DNA of 63,878 nucleotides, counting the filler, from Candidatus Woesearchaeota archaeon (GTDB lineage: Archaea; Nanobdellota; Nanobdellia; Woesearchaeales; CAZJJJ01), in NCBI GenBank assembly GCA_046538795.1. It is 3 parts of 3 records of this genome, joined end to end, with 100 filler letters (N's around TTAATTAATTAA, not from the genome) between each part and the next. Parts side by side here need not be neighbours in the genome. Positions count along the whole stretch, not along the records: positions 1 to 29,397 come from JBKHIF010000009.1; 2 more parts are not named here. The stretch is one strand, 5' to 3'. A program made the translations under genes and the position numbers. Shown here piece by piece: positions 9,451 through 18,552 of the stretch. A model generated the notes under the pieces. That model was not told the DNA's origin. It did not search any database and worked only from the letters and a program-made list of their open reading frames with translations. Numbering within the stretch: position 1 is the first letter of the stretch; each line of letters starts with the position of its first letter.

Positions 9451-9548
9451 GCCGAGGTCGCATAATCTGGTATTGCGCCGGTCTCGAAAGCAAAGACCGA
9501 AACAACCGGTTCCTTAATGGTATATGGGTTCAAATCCCATCCTCGGCG
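9451..9548 (+). tRNA. tRNA-Ser(CGA) with 15-nt intron at 37/38 (9489-9503)
   Basis: Acceptor GCCGAGG/CCTCGGC, anticodon stem CCGGT/ACCGG, long variable arm, T-loop TTCAAAT, relaxed splice motif. Confidence 0.88.
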
Positions 9549-9600
9549 TCATTTCCTAAAACAATAATTTTTTAAACCAATCCTAAAAGACTTTGTTATT

Positions 9601-10386
9601 ATGGCATTTGAAATAAATAAAAAACCAATTATAATTGCAGGTCCGTGTAGTGTTGAATCTGAAGAACAGATCATGAAGATTGCACAAGAGCTTTCAAAAA
9701 GAGGAATAAAATTTCTTCGTGGCGGAGCATACAAACCAAGAACTAGTCCAGATTCTTTTCAAGGCCTTGGAAAAAAAGGTGCAATGCTTCTAAAAAAAGC
9801 AGCAGATAAGCATGGAATGAAAACTGTTTCAGAAGTTCTTACAATAGAACAACTTAAAGAAAGCTTTGATTATATAGACATAATCCAGATAGGTGCAAGG
9901 AATATGGCATCTTTCGGACTTCTGAAAGAGATAGGAGAACTCACAGCAGAAGACAAAAAACCTATTATTTTCAAAAGAGGCTTTGGTTCAACAATAAAAG
10001 AATTTGTTGCAGCCTCAGGCTATCTTTCAGATAAAGGAAATGAAAACATAATTTTCTGCCTAAGAGGTATAAGAACCTTTGAGCAAAGCGATTCATCATT
10101 TAGGTTTACTCCGGATATCGCATCAGTAATTGAACTAAAAGAAAAGTCTTCATATCCTGTGATATTTGATCCATCGCATTCAGGTGGAAAGAGAAAATAT
10201 GTAAAAGACCTAAGTGTTGCAGCCCTTTCAATAGGTGCTGATGGTCTTATTGTGGAAGTCCATGACAATCCTGATAGCGCACTTTCAGATAAAGATCAAC
10301 AACTAAACTTTGACGAATTCAATTCTCTTATGGATGAACTTGAAAAAATAATCTTATCTAATCGCTCTTTTCAAAATCAGGTATAA
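9601..10386 (+). CDS. aroF: DAHP synthase, class I-beta, without regulatory domain
   Basis: AGPCSVES, RGGAYKPRTSP, IGARNM, RGIRTFE, DPSH, EVH..P..ALSD. Confidence 0.88.
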   Translation: MAFEINKKPIIIAGPCSVESEEQIMKIAQELSKRGIKFLRGGAYKPRTSPDSFQGLGKKGAMLLKKAADKHGMKTVSEVLTIEQLKESFDYIDIIQIGARNMASFGLLKEIGELTAEDKKPIIFKRGFGSTIKEFVAASGYLSDKGNENIIFCLRGIRTFEQSDSSFRFTPDIASVIELKEKSSYPVIFDPSHSGGKRKYVKDLSVAALSIGADGLIVEVHDNPDSALSDKDQQLNFDEFNSLMDELEKIILSNRSFQNQV

Positions 10387-10552
10387 GTATTGGGATACCA
10401 TCTTTAATTTCATATTCCTGTCCACATTTTGAACAAACCAGAAACTTGTGATCGTCAGAATAATGAAGATCTCCTTTGCATACTGGACAGGATAATATGC
10501 TCATGAATTTTTCAACATCCTTATTATTTTTCTTGTCTTTATCAGCCATCAT
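10358..10552 (-). CDS. Trm112 family methyltransferase activator
   Basis: LSCPVCKG.L, LVCSKC...YEIKDGIPIL. Confidence 0.85.
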   Translation of the reverse strand: MMADKDKKNNKDVEKFMSILSCPVCKGDLHYSDDHKFLVCSKCGQEYEIKDGIPILIPDFEKSD

Positions 10553-10741
10553 AATGTCACTTCCAAAGTGAAAATCAATAGTTTTTTAAAGATATTCTTT
10601 TTGATTTCTCGACGAGAAACCCCAAAAAACCAAAAGCTTTATATATGAAACATTCATACAATTTATAAATTTATGTATAAATTAGTATATAAAAGATAAA
10701 TTCACGTAAGATCGGGGGTTGGTTGATGGTGAATTATTCTG

Positions 10742-11677
10742 GTGGTAAGAATGCACTATGTTAAAAAATGTCCAGAGTGCGGTTCGATAAATCTTTTCTT
10801 CAACAAGGAGAAAGGTGAAGTTATCTGTAAGGACTGCGGACTTGTCATTGAAGACAAGATGGTCGATTTTGACCAGGAATGGAGAGAATTTGATGGTGAC
10901 GATGCTGCTCACAAGAGGAGAACAGGCGCACCTATGAGCTATACTCAGTATGACCAGGGTCTTGGTACAGAGGTCGGTCAGAAAGGTGATCTTTACAAGC
11001 TCGGAAATCAGGATCGTAATAAATTCTTCAGGTTAAGAAAATGGCAGTACAGAATATCTACTGCTATTGAAAGAAACCTTAAACTTGCTTTAGCAGAACT
11101 TAAGAGAGTATCTTCTTATCTAAAGCTTCCAAAATCTGTTGAAGAGGAAGCTGCAAGGATATATACTCTTGCTGTCCAGAGGGGCTTAGTAAGAGGAAGA
11201 TCTATGGAATCTGTGGTTGCAGGAGCATTGTACGCAGCATGCAGAAGACATGAAGTTCCAAGGACTCTTGATGAGCTTTCTGAAGCTTCAGGAATCGAAA
11301 AAAAAGAGATCGGAAGGACATACAGGTTCGTTACAAGAGAACTGGGAATAACCATACTTCCAAGCAATCCTGCTGATTATATTGCAAGATTTGCTTCAGC
11401 TCTGAGCTTAACTGCTGAATCGCAGTCAAAGGCAATCGAAATCCTTGAGATGGCGCAAAAGCAGGAATTGACTTCAGGAAGAGGCCCTACTGGTATTGCT
11501 GCAGCTGCACTTTACGTATCTGCTCTTATACATGGTGAAAAAAGGACCCAAAGGGAAGTCGCTGATGTTGCTGGTGTAACTGAAGTTACCATAAGAAACA
11601 GGTACAAAGAGCTTCTTGAAGAACTTAAGCTTGACAAGGAAATCAAGAAGACCAAGAAAAAGAAAAGAGGCGAATAA
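10742..11677 (+). CDS. tfb: Transcription initiation factor IIB
   Basis: Zn ribbon CPECG/CKDCG, EWREF, two cyclin folds, TQREVA.VAGVTEVTIRNRY. Confidence 0.98.
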   Translation: MVRMHYVKKCPECGSINLFFNKEKGEVICKDCGLVIEDKMVDFDQEWREFDGDDAAHKRRTGAPMSYTQYDQGLGTEVGQKGDLYKLGNQDRNKFFRLRKWQYRISTAIERNLKLALAELKRVSSYLKLPKSVEEEAARIYTLAVQRGLVRGRSMESVVAGALYAACRRHEVPRTLDELSEASGIEKKEIGRTYRFVTRELGITILPSNPADYIARFASALSLTAESQSKAIEILEMAQKQELTSGRGPTGIAAAALYVSALIHGEKRTQREVADVAGVTEVTIRNRYKELLEELKLDKEIKKTKKKKRGE

Positions 11678-11726
11678 GCCTTTTACTTATTTTTTTTCTT
11701 AATCAGTTCTTTATTTATTTCTTTAG

Positions 11727-13799
11727 TCATATAAAAACAGCAGTCTTACTTTCTGTCTTAATACCTGTTATAAAAAGATAATTCCAGAATAATCCTTTTT
11801 TCTTCTCTATGTTTACAGATAGTCCTGCCTCATGAAATATATCTTCTATTTCTTTAGGATCTTCTATCCAGTTATTATTTGGAAGTATCTTGAAGAAATC
11901 AACATAATCTACAAAACATATCTTGCCGTTTCTCTTAAGTTTCTTGCTCATGTCTTTGAGAATCTGCCTTACATCCTGCATGTAACTTAGCATTCCCATG
12001 CTTATAATCACATCTACAACACCAACATCAGGATGCAGCCTGTTTACCTGCTCTTCATCATGGATGAGTATGACGTGTTCATGTCCGTCTTTCATGATCC
12101 TTTTGTTTGTAATCTGTATCTGCTTTTCAGATATGTCAACAGCATATACTCTTCTGTCTGGAGAGACTCTTCTTGCAATCTCTTTTGTAAGCGTACCCAC
12201 ACCGCACCCATATTCAAGTACTTCTTTGTCTTCGATATTTCCGAGAAATTCAAATATCTGCCTCTTTATCTTTCTTGGAACAAAGAAAACATCTGTCAAG
12301 GCCTGGATATGCGCAATCATATCATTTGCTTTACGGATAGCTCCAGGATCAAAATACATCAATAGAAGTATGAAAAGCGGAATCCCTACTGCAATCAACG
12401 AAAGCCCAAAATTTACAGTATGCATGGCATGACTGTCACTATATACCCAATATCCAACTATACCCATGTTAAATAATATCAAAAATATTCCTATAGGAAA
12501 TGCAAATGACAATTTGAATGTCCTTTCCTGATTAGGTTTTTTTACCCGAAGGGTTAGTAAAGCGACAATAACAAAAGAATATAGCACAAGGACCATCGGA
12601 AGTAAAAGATGAAGCAAAGATTCATATGAACCTGCAGCAACTACTGTAAGTATTGCAACAACCACTGTCTGAAATATAATCGCTTTATATGGCGTCTTTC
12701 TTACTGGATGAAGCTTTGATAGCTGAGCCGGGAACAATTTATCTGCAGCAAGGGTCTTTATAAGATCAGGAGCTGCAACTATCCAGCCTGCAACACTTCC
12801 TATAATAGCAACAAAACAAAGTATTGTGAAAACATCGTATCCTTTGGGTCCATAGAACGCTTCGCCCAATCTTGATATGGGTGTTGCAACATATTCAGGA
12901 GAGCCTAAAGTGTTTGCACCAACACCGTTCATCATTGAAAAAACATAGGTAAGGGAGATAAGGACTATCAGAAAAGTTCCAATCAATAGTGCCCTTGGAA
13001 CATTTTTCTTACCATTTTTGACCTGGGGAGAAAAAAAGCATACAGACTCCCAGCCAAAAAAAGTTTCTGCTATGAAAAATAATGTCAAGAATACAGATGA
13101 TGGTCCTTTAGGCATGAATGGTTCAAAATTTCCTGGCTGAAGACCATTCGACCAAGCAGGCACTATCAATGCCATTAGAGTTGACATAGTAATGAAACCA
13201 AATGTGACAAGCATCACTGTTCCTGTTTCCATGCCTAAGTATGCAACATAGTTGAACATAAGTATGAATATGAAACACACTGCAACAATAAGGACTTTAG
13301 GCGATGTCTCAAATCCAAGTATATCTATCGTACTTATACCTCCCAGAGGAAGTAGATAGGAGATTGCGCCAACTATAAGCATTGCGATAGTTACATATCC
13401 TGCAAGCATAGTCATCCAGCCTACAAGAAATGATGTGAATTTTCCGAATGCTTCTTTGCAGTATTCATATACTCCACCGCCAAATGAAAACATGCCTGAT
13501 AGTTCAGCAAATACTGCTGCCATCCCCATCGCATAAACTGACATAATTACCCACGATATAATAGAGGCTGCGCCAGATTCTCTTGCACCGACCGCAGGAA
13601 GAAAATAAACACCAGTACCTAGTATGGAGTTTATAGTTATTATGATAAGAGCAGGAAGACCGATTACTTTTGCAACTTCAGCTATCTTAGAAGTGTTGGT
13701 AGAACTTTGCTGAGTTTGTTTTTCGTTATTATCAGATGGCTCTGGAGAGCTAGAACTAAAACTATTAAAATCTGGCGTCTGTTCAAGATTTCCATCCAT
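11727..13799 (-). CDS. APC family amino acid permease fused to a C-terminal class I SAM-dependent methyltransferase domain
   Basis: SILGTGVYFLP, FAEL, GGVYEY, FFGWES and about 12 TMs, then VLEYGCGVG, AVDIS and LK.NG. Confidence 0.9.
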   Translation of the reverse strand: MDGNLEQTPDFNSFSSSSPEPSDNNEKQTQQSSTNTSKIAEVAKVIGLPALIIITINSILGTGVYFLPAVGARESGAASIISWVIMSVYAMGMAAVFAELSGMFSFGGGVYEYCKEAFGKFTSFLVGWMTMLAGYVTIAMLIVGAISYLLPLGGISTIDILGFETSPKVLIVAVCFIFILMFNYVAYLGMETGTVMLVTFGFITMSTLMALIVPAWSNGLQPGNFEPFMPKGPSSVFLTLFFIAETFFGWESVCFFSPQVKNGKKNVPRALLIGTFLIVLISLTYVFSMMNGVGANTLGSPEYVATPISRLGEAFYGPKGYDVFTILCFVAIIGSVAGWIVAAPDLIKTLAADKLFPAQLSKLHPVRKTPYKAIIFQTVVVAILTVVAAGSYESLLHLLLPMVLVLYSFVIVALLTLRVKKPNQERTFKLSFAFPIGIFLILFNMGIVGYWVYSDSHAMHTVNFGLSLIAVGIPLFILLLMYFDPGAIRKANDMIAHIQALTDVFFVPRKIKRQIFEFLGNIEDKEVLEYGCGVGTLTKEIARRVSPDRRVYAVDISEKQIQITNKRIMKDGHEHVILIHDEEQVNRLHPDVGVVDVIISMGMLSYMQDVRQILKDMSKKLKRNGKICFVDYVDFFKILPNNNWIEDPKEIEDIFHEAGLSVNIEKKKGLFWNYLFITGIKTESKTAVFI

Positions 13800-13929
13800 G
13801 ATAGTATATCTAAATAAAACTACACTTTAAAAAAAAGAAGTAAAACTATAAAGTGGTAATAGGATTTAAAAAGACCAGACAATTGATTTCAACGAAAGAT
13901 TTAATTATCCTTGCTAACTTTGATAAGTT

Positions 13930-14622
13930 ATGAAAACAGCATTCCTTAAAAGCAGCTACAAAGAAAATGTAAAACTAGGACCTGAGGCGATCAAAAAACT
14001 GCCCGAAAAAATTGCTCTTGCAACAACCATACAGTTCATAGGTTCTATCGAAAACATAAAAAAAGATCTTGAATCCTATGGAAAAAAAGTTATCCTCATG
14101 AAAGGTGCACATTCTTCTGAAAAAGGACAGATGCTTGGTTGCGATATAACACGAAAGATGGTGAATTCGTTGGCCCATAAGGATTCTGATTGCTATCTTT
14201 TCATAGGTGATGGATTATTCCATCCAAAGCTTCTTTTGCTTTCACAGGAAGAAGAAAAGAGACCTCTTTTTTCTTTTAATCCAATAACAAAAGAGTTCTT
14301 TAAAGTTAAAGAATCTGAAATAAAAAATATTGAACGAAGATATAAAGGTGCTTTATTAAAATATCATACTTCAAAAAACATCGGAATTATCGTTTCTACA
14401 AAACCAGGCCAGAGCAGACTCAATAAAGCTATCGAACTTAAGAAAAAACTAAAAAAAGAAGAAATAAATGCCTACATATTCATATGCAACACACTTGATT
14501 TCAATGAGATGGAGAACTTTAATTTCATAGAATGTTTTGTAAACACAATGTGTCCCCGGATCAATTATGATGACTACATGAAGTTTCCAAAACCAGTTAT
14601 TTCTTATGAAGATATCGAATGA
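13930..14622 (+). CDS. dph2: Diphthamide biosynthesis Dph2-like protein, short form
   Basis: TTIQF, GQMLGC, GDGLFHP, STKPGQ, CPRI motifs. Confidence 0.85.
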   Translation: MKTAFLKSSYKENVKLGPEAIKKLPEKIALATTIQFIGSIENIKKDLESYGKKVILMKGAHSSEKGQMLGCDITRKMVNSLAHKDSDCYLFIGDGLFHPKLLLLSQEEEKRPLFSFNPITKEFFKVKESEIKNIERRYKGALLKYHTSKNIGIIVSTKPGQSRLNKAIELKKKLKKEEINAYIFICNTLDFNEMENFNFIECFVNTMCPRINYDDYMKFPKPVISYEDIE

Positions 14623-14664
14623 ATAATAAGATTTAAATTATTCTGATGATTATTTTCAAATAAT

Positions 14665-14784
14665 ATGACTTACAGAGACGACAGCAAGATAAGGTTTTTT
14701 GCAACAATATTTCGATATGTTGCATTCTCATTAATAATTCTTGGAGCAATATATGTGTTCTTTTTCCTTTATCTGAACAGATAA
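14665..14784 (+). CDS. Small single-TM protein (39 aa), below the ORF-track cutoff
   Basis: MTYRDDSKIRFFATIFRYVAFSLIILGAIYVFFFLYLNR, with a TATA-like element upstream. Confidence 0.5.
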   Translation: MTYRDDSKIRFFATIFRYVAFSLIILGAIYVFFFLYLNR

Positions 14785-14823
14785 AGCAAAATATATTAAA
14801 ACATAACCTGGTTTATTCAAATA

Positions 14824-16026
14824 ATGAAACCAGAATTGCTTGCACCTGCGGGAAATTTTGAGATGCTTAGTGCTGCAATAGATGCAGGAACAGATGCAAT
14901 CTATTTTGGAATAAAAGGTCTTAACATGAGAGCATCTTCAAGAAATTTTACTTCTTCTGATCTAAAAAAAATTGCAAAAAAATGTCATGATAAGAATGTT
15001 AAGGCATATCTTGCTATGAATACTATAATCTATGATGATGAGATAAAAAAAGTCAAATCAATTCTCAAAAAAGCAAAGGATGCAAATATTGATGCAATCA
15101 TCTGTTGGGATCTTTCTGTAATAAAGATTGCAAAAGAACTAAAACTTGAATTTCATATAAGTACACAGGCTTCTGTATCTAATTATGAGGCAGCAGAATT
15201 CTATGCAAAACAAGGCGCAAAAAGAGTTATCTTTGCGCGAGAATTAAAACTTGAAGAGATAATAAAAATAAGACATAAAATAAAAAAGAACAAGTTTGAT
15301 CTTAAGGTAGAAGTATTTGCTCATGGAGCAATGTGCGTCTCTGAATCTGGAAGATGTTTCATGTCTGAATATCTTTATGGCAAATCAGCAAATAGAGGAG
15401 AATGTATACAGCCCTGCAGACGAAATTATATCATAAAAGACCCAGAAACAAAAAAAGAACTCGAGATTGAAGATAATTATGTTCTATCGCCAAAAGATCT
15501 TTGCACCTTGCCATTTCTTGAAAAAATATATCCTTGCACAGATTCTCTTAAGATTGAGGGGAGAGGAAGAAGTCCTGAATATGTGAAAATTGTTGTTGAG
15601 GCATACAGGGAAGCTATTGATCTTATTGAAAAAAAGAAGTATGATGAAGATTCTAAAAAAAGATTAGTTGAAAAGGTAAAACAAGTCTATAATCGTGATT
15701 TTTCAACTGGCTTTTATATGGGACGGCCGATAAAAGAATTTACTGATTCATATGGATCAAAGGCAACTATGACAAAAAAATATATAGGTGTTGTTTTGAA
15801 TTATTTCAGAAAAGCAAATGCTGCAGAGATAAAATCTGAAGCAGGTATTCTTAAAAAAGGAGACACAATCCTTATAATCGGATCTACCACAGGTGTTGTC
15901 AAACAAAAGATTGAATCCATACAATATGAAGGAAAAAAAATCTCTTCAATAAAAAAAGGACAATCCGGCGGGATAAAAGTTGATTCTATCGTAAGGAAGA
16001 ATGATAAGGTTTATGTATGGATGTGA
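14824..16026 (+). CDS. U32 family Fe-S protein (TrhP/RlhA-like RNA hydroxylase)
   Basis: ELLAPAG, HISTQAS, HGAMCVSESGRC, NRGECIQPCR, KIEGR. Confidence 0.9.
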   Translation: MKPELLAPAGNFEMLSAAIDAGTDAIYFGIKGLNMRASSRNFTSSDLKKIAKKCHDKNVKAYLAMNTIIYDDEIKKVKSILKKAKDANIDAIICWDLSVIKIAKELKLEFHISTQASVSNYEAAEFYAKQGAKRVIFARELKLEEIIKIRHKIKKNKFDLKVEVFAHGAMCVSESGRCFMSEYLYGKSANRGECIQPCRRNYIIKDPETKKELEIEDNYVLSPKDLCTLPFLEKIYPCTDSLKIEGRGRSPEYVKIVVEAYREAIDLIEKKKYDEDSKKRLVEKVKQVYNRDFSTGFYMGRPIKEFTDSYGSKATMTKKYIGVVLNYFRKANAAEIKSEAGILKKGDTILIIGSTTGVVKQKIESIQYEGKKISSIKKGQSGGIKVDSIVRKNDKVYVWM

Positions 16027-16058
16027 TCTTTCAATAAAATAATAATTAAGATCAATAT

Positions 16059-16095
16059 TTGCCCAAATAATATTTATTTAATTGCCCAAAATAAT
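16059..16095. promoter_or_regulatory. Direct repeat TTGCCCAAA(A)TAAT upstream of the AbrB-PhoU regulator, possible operator
   Basis: TTGCCCAAA at 16059-16067 and 16082-16090, upstream of the TATA-like TTTATATG. Confidence 0.4.
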
Positions 16096-16139
16096 TACTT
16101 TTAGAAAATTATTTATATGAACAAATAATTAATTATCGT

Positions 16140-17054
16140 ATGAAGCGAAAGGTGAACCTTGTTGGACAAAATACTCTTACTATTTCTCTTCCCATAAAAT
16201 GGGTTGGTAAGAACAAAATCAAGAAAGGAGACGAACTAGAAATCAATGAAGAAGGAAAAATTCTTACTATAAGCTCGGATAATTATCCAATTAAAGAAAC
16301 AAAAAGCCTTAGATTATCAATAAAAGATATTTTTTCCCAAAGAACAATCACAATCCCATACATAAGAGGATATAATTATCTGAAGATTAACTTTGATGAT
16401 ATAAGAATGCTTGAAAAAATAGAGGAAACTCTCGAAAAGACTCCGGGATTCGAAATAGTAAAACAAGATGCTAATTATGTAGAAATTAAAAATATTTTTG
16501 GTGAAGACACAGAAGAATTTGAAAATGTCTTCGAAAGATTATACAATGTGGTATTAGTAGGTCTTCAGGAGATAAGTTCTGAACTTAAGTCTGGAGATTT
16601 CAAGAACACACTTCTTCTTGAAAAACTAAGCAGAGACAGTGATAAATATGATATTTTTTGCAGGAGAATGATGTACACTAAAAGCTATTCTGATGAAATC
16701 AGGAATTTTTCAATATATGCAACACTGAAAAACTATGAAGTAATAGGTGATATATTCAAGGAATACTATTATTTTATCAATAAAAACAAGGTTCCTAAAT
16801 CTTCAGAATTATCTAATCTTATTGAAAGACTTATATACTTAATCAAGTATTCCCACAAGATTTATTATTCCAAGGCAACACCAGAACATATAATTGAAAC
16901 CAAGAAAAAAAGAGATGAATTCAGGACAAAGTATAATGAAATATTTTCAGGATTAAAATCAAAAGAATCAATAGCTGTTATCGGGTTCATAAATCAATTG
17001 TTTTATGCGATAAACCATATATCTGAAGAGACATTATATCTTAATTCAGAATAA
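16140..17054 (+). CDS. AbrB/MazE DNA-binding domain plus PhoU-like helical regulator
   Basis: MKRKVNLVGQNTLTISLP.KW....IKKGDEL N-terminus, Y..GY, GFEIV, then a helical C-terminus. Confidence 0.8.
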   Translation: MKRKVNLVGQNTLTISLPIKWVGKNKIKKGDELEINEEGKILTISSDNYPIKETKSLRLSIKDIFSQRTITIPYIRGYNYLKINFDDIRMLEKIEETLEKTPGFEIVKQDANYVEIKNIFGEDTEEFENVFERLYNVVLVGLQEISSELKSGDFKNTLLLEKLSRDSDKYDIFCRRMMYTKSYSDEIRNFSIYATLKNYEVIGDIFKEYYYFINKNKVPKSSELSNLIERLIYLIKYSHKIYYSKATPEHIIETKKKRDEFRTKYNEIFSGLKSKESIAVIGFINQLFYAINHISEETLYLNSE

Positions 17055-17158
17055 TAAGATAAAAAACCAAATATGTATATGAACAAATTCAGTGAACAAC
17101 AACCTATATTTATATCATTCTGGACAAATTTAAATAATTCTTGATCATCATTATTTTG

Positions 17159-17671
17159 ATGGAATCTGATTTCAGGTTTTTGGACCCTAAAGATTATTAT
17201 GAATCTCAAAGAGACATATTATATAATTTGATCGAAGAGGAATATCCAAGATATTATGCTTATCTTGATTCTGAATGGCAGGGCACATATATCAATAATA
17301 AAGACAGAAACATGCCTGATGATGCTATTGACATGATAGCTTTTAGTATTGCAAATCGAAAATTAAGAGAACTATATCAAAAAATAGATGACAGCCTTCT
17401 TCATGAATTAAAAACAAGTGAAGGATATGCTAAGTTTGAAAAATATCATTTTACAAAACAAAAACAATATCTCCTTCAAAGAATTAAAAACGAAAATCCT
17501 GAATCTATAGAAGAAGCGATGGAAATATGGGATGATATTGCTGAATCTTGTATTGAAAACAGAACTGAACATCCAGACTACCAATTAAATTTTCCTGAAT
17601 ATTTTTTTGCAAATTGGGGTCTTAGAAAATTCTATGTACATGTTAAAAGAAATAACCTTAACTATGATTGA
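17159..17671 (+). CDS. Hypothetical protein
   Basis: Long ORF with plausible composition. Likely start MESDF. Confidence 0.6.
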   Translation: MESDFRFLDPKDYYESQRDILYNLIEEEYPRYYAYLDSEWQGTYINNKDRNMPDDAIDMIAFSIANRKLRELYQKIDDSLLHELKTSEGYAKFEKYHFTKQKQYLLQRIKNENPESIEEAMEIWDDIAESCIENRTEHPDYQLNFPEYFFANWGLRKFYVHVKRNNLNYD

Positions 17672-18512
17672 TACTTTTGCTGTTTTTTAGTCCTAATAGT
17701 TTATACAATAATTTTCCTAAAAAATAGCTTTCATGCGCAAAAGTCTTTTTAGGAGAATGTTCTACTATATCGCAGGCCAAAACTTCTTTGGTATCAAATA
17801 TCACTTTAAGATATTCAAGCATCTCATTCCAGAATAATCCTCCTGGTTCAGGAGTTCCTGTTGTTCTTATAAGGCTTGGATCAAACACATCAACATCTAT
17901 CGAAACATATACCTTATGTTTCAGCCGGGATAAGAAATGCAGGAGATTTTTCCTGTGGCCTCCAAAAGCAGGTATTGCATTTATGTGATCTTTATTGCTT
18001 ATCGTTTCAGCCTCATCTCTATCCAAAGATCTTATTCCTATGATAAGAACTTCATGATTATAAGATGCATATTTCGAGACACACCTGTGATTGTATTTTG
18101 AACCATTCCATGAATCAAAAAGATCAGCATGTGCATCAAACAAGATCACTGAAAAATCTTCATGGTTCTTTTCCATGCCCTTAAGAGCTCCAATAGTTAC
18201 AGAATGATCTCCTCCTAATGTTACAAGAAATTTATCTTTGATCTTAGATACTGATTTTGCAATAGAAGCAATAGCAGTTTCTGGTTTTTTTGAAGTAAGT
18301 TTGAGCGGATTTAGAAGACGTATGCCCTTTTCATAGCTCTCCGTTCCTGTAAACTCATCATAGTATTCAAGCTGATAGGATGATTTTATAATTGCAGCTG
18401 AGCCGTGTTTAGCCCCTTTATCTCCAGTCATGTTACCTTCATATTCTACTGGCAGGATATAGTTGTAAGAATTCTTTCCAGCATATTTTTGGGGAAGGTT
18501 CATAAAATTCAT
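17658..18512 (-). CDS. speB: Agmatinase (ureohydrolase family)
   Basis: GGDHS, DAHAD, SIDVDVFDP, TGTPEPGG. Confidence 0.9.
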   Translation of the reverse strand: MNFMNLPQKYAGKNSYNYILPVEYEGNMTGDKGAKHGSAAIIKSSYQLEYYDEFTGTESYEKGIRLLNPLKLTSKKPETAIASIAKSVSKIKDKFLVTLGGDHSVTIGALKGMEKNHEDFSVILFDAHADLFDSWNGSKYNHRCVSKYASYNHEVLIIGIRSLDRDEAETISNKDHINAIPAFGGHRKNLLHFLSRLKHKVYVSIDVDVFDPSLIRTTGTPEPGGLFWNEMLEYLKVIFDTKEVLACDIVEHSPKKTFAHESYFLGKLLYKLLGLKNSKSINHS

Positions 18513-18552
18513 TTTATATCATCATTATTTTTTTATTCATATTAATGTGTTT

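Noticed and set aside
9393..9575. 60-aa ORF in the track
   Set aside because: It overlaps tRNA-Ser(CGA) and is spurious.
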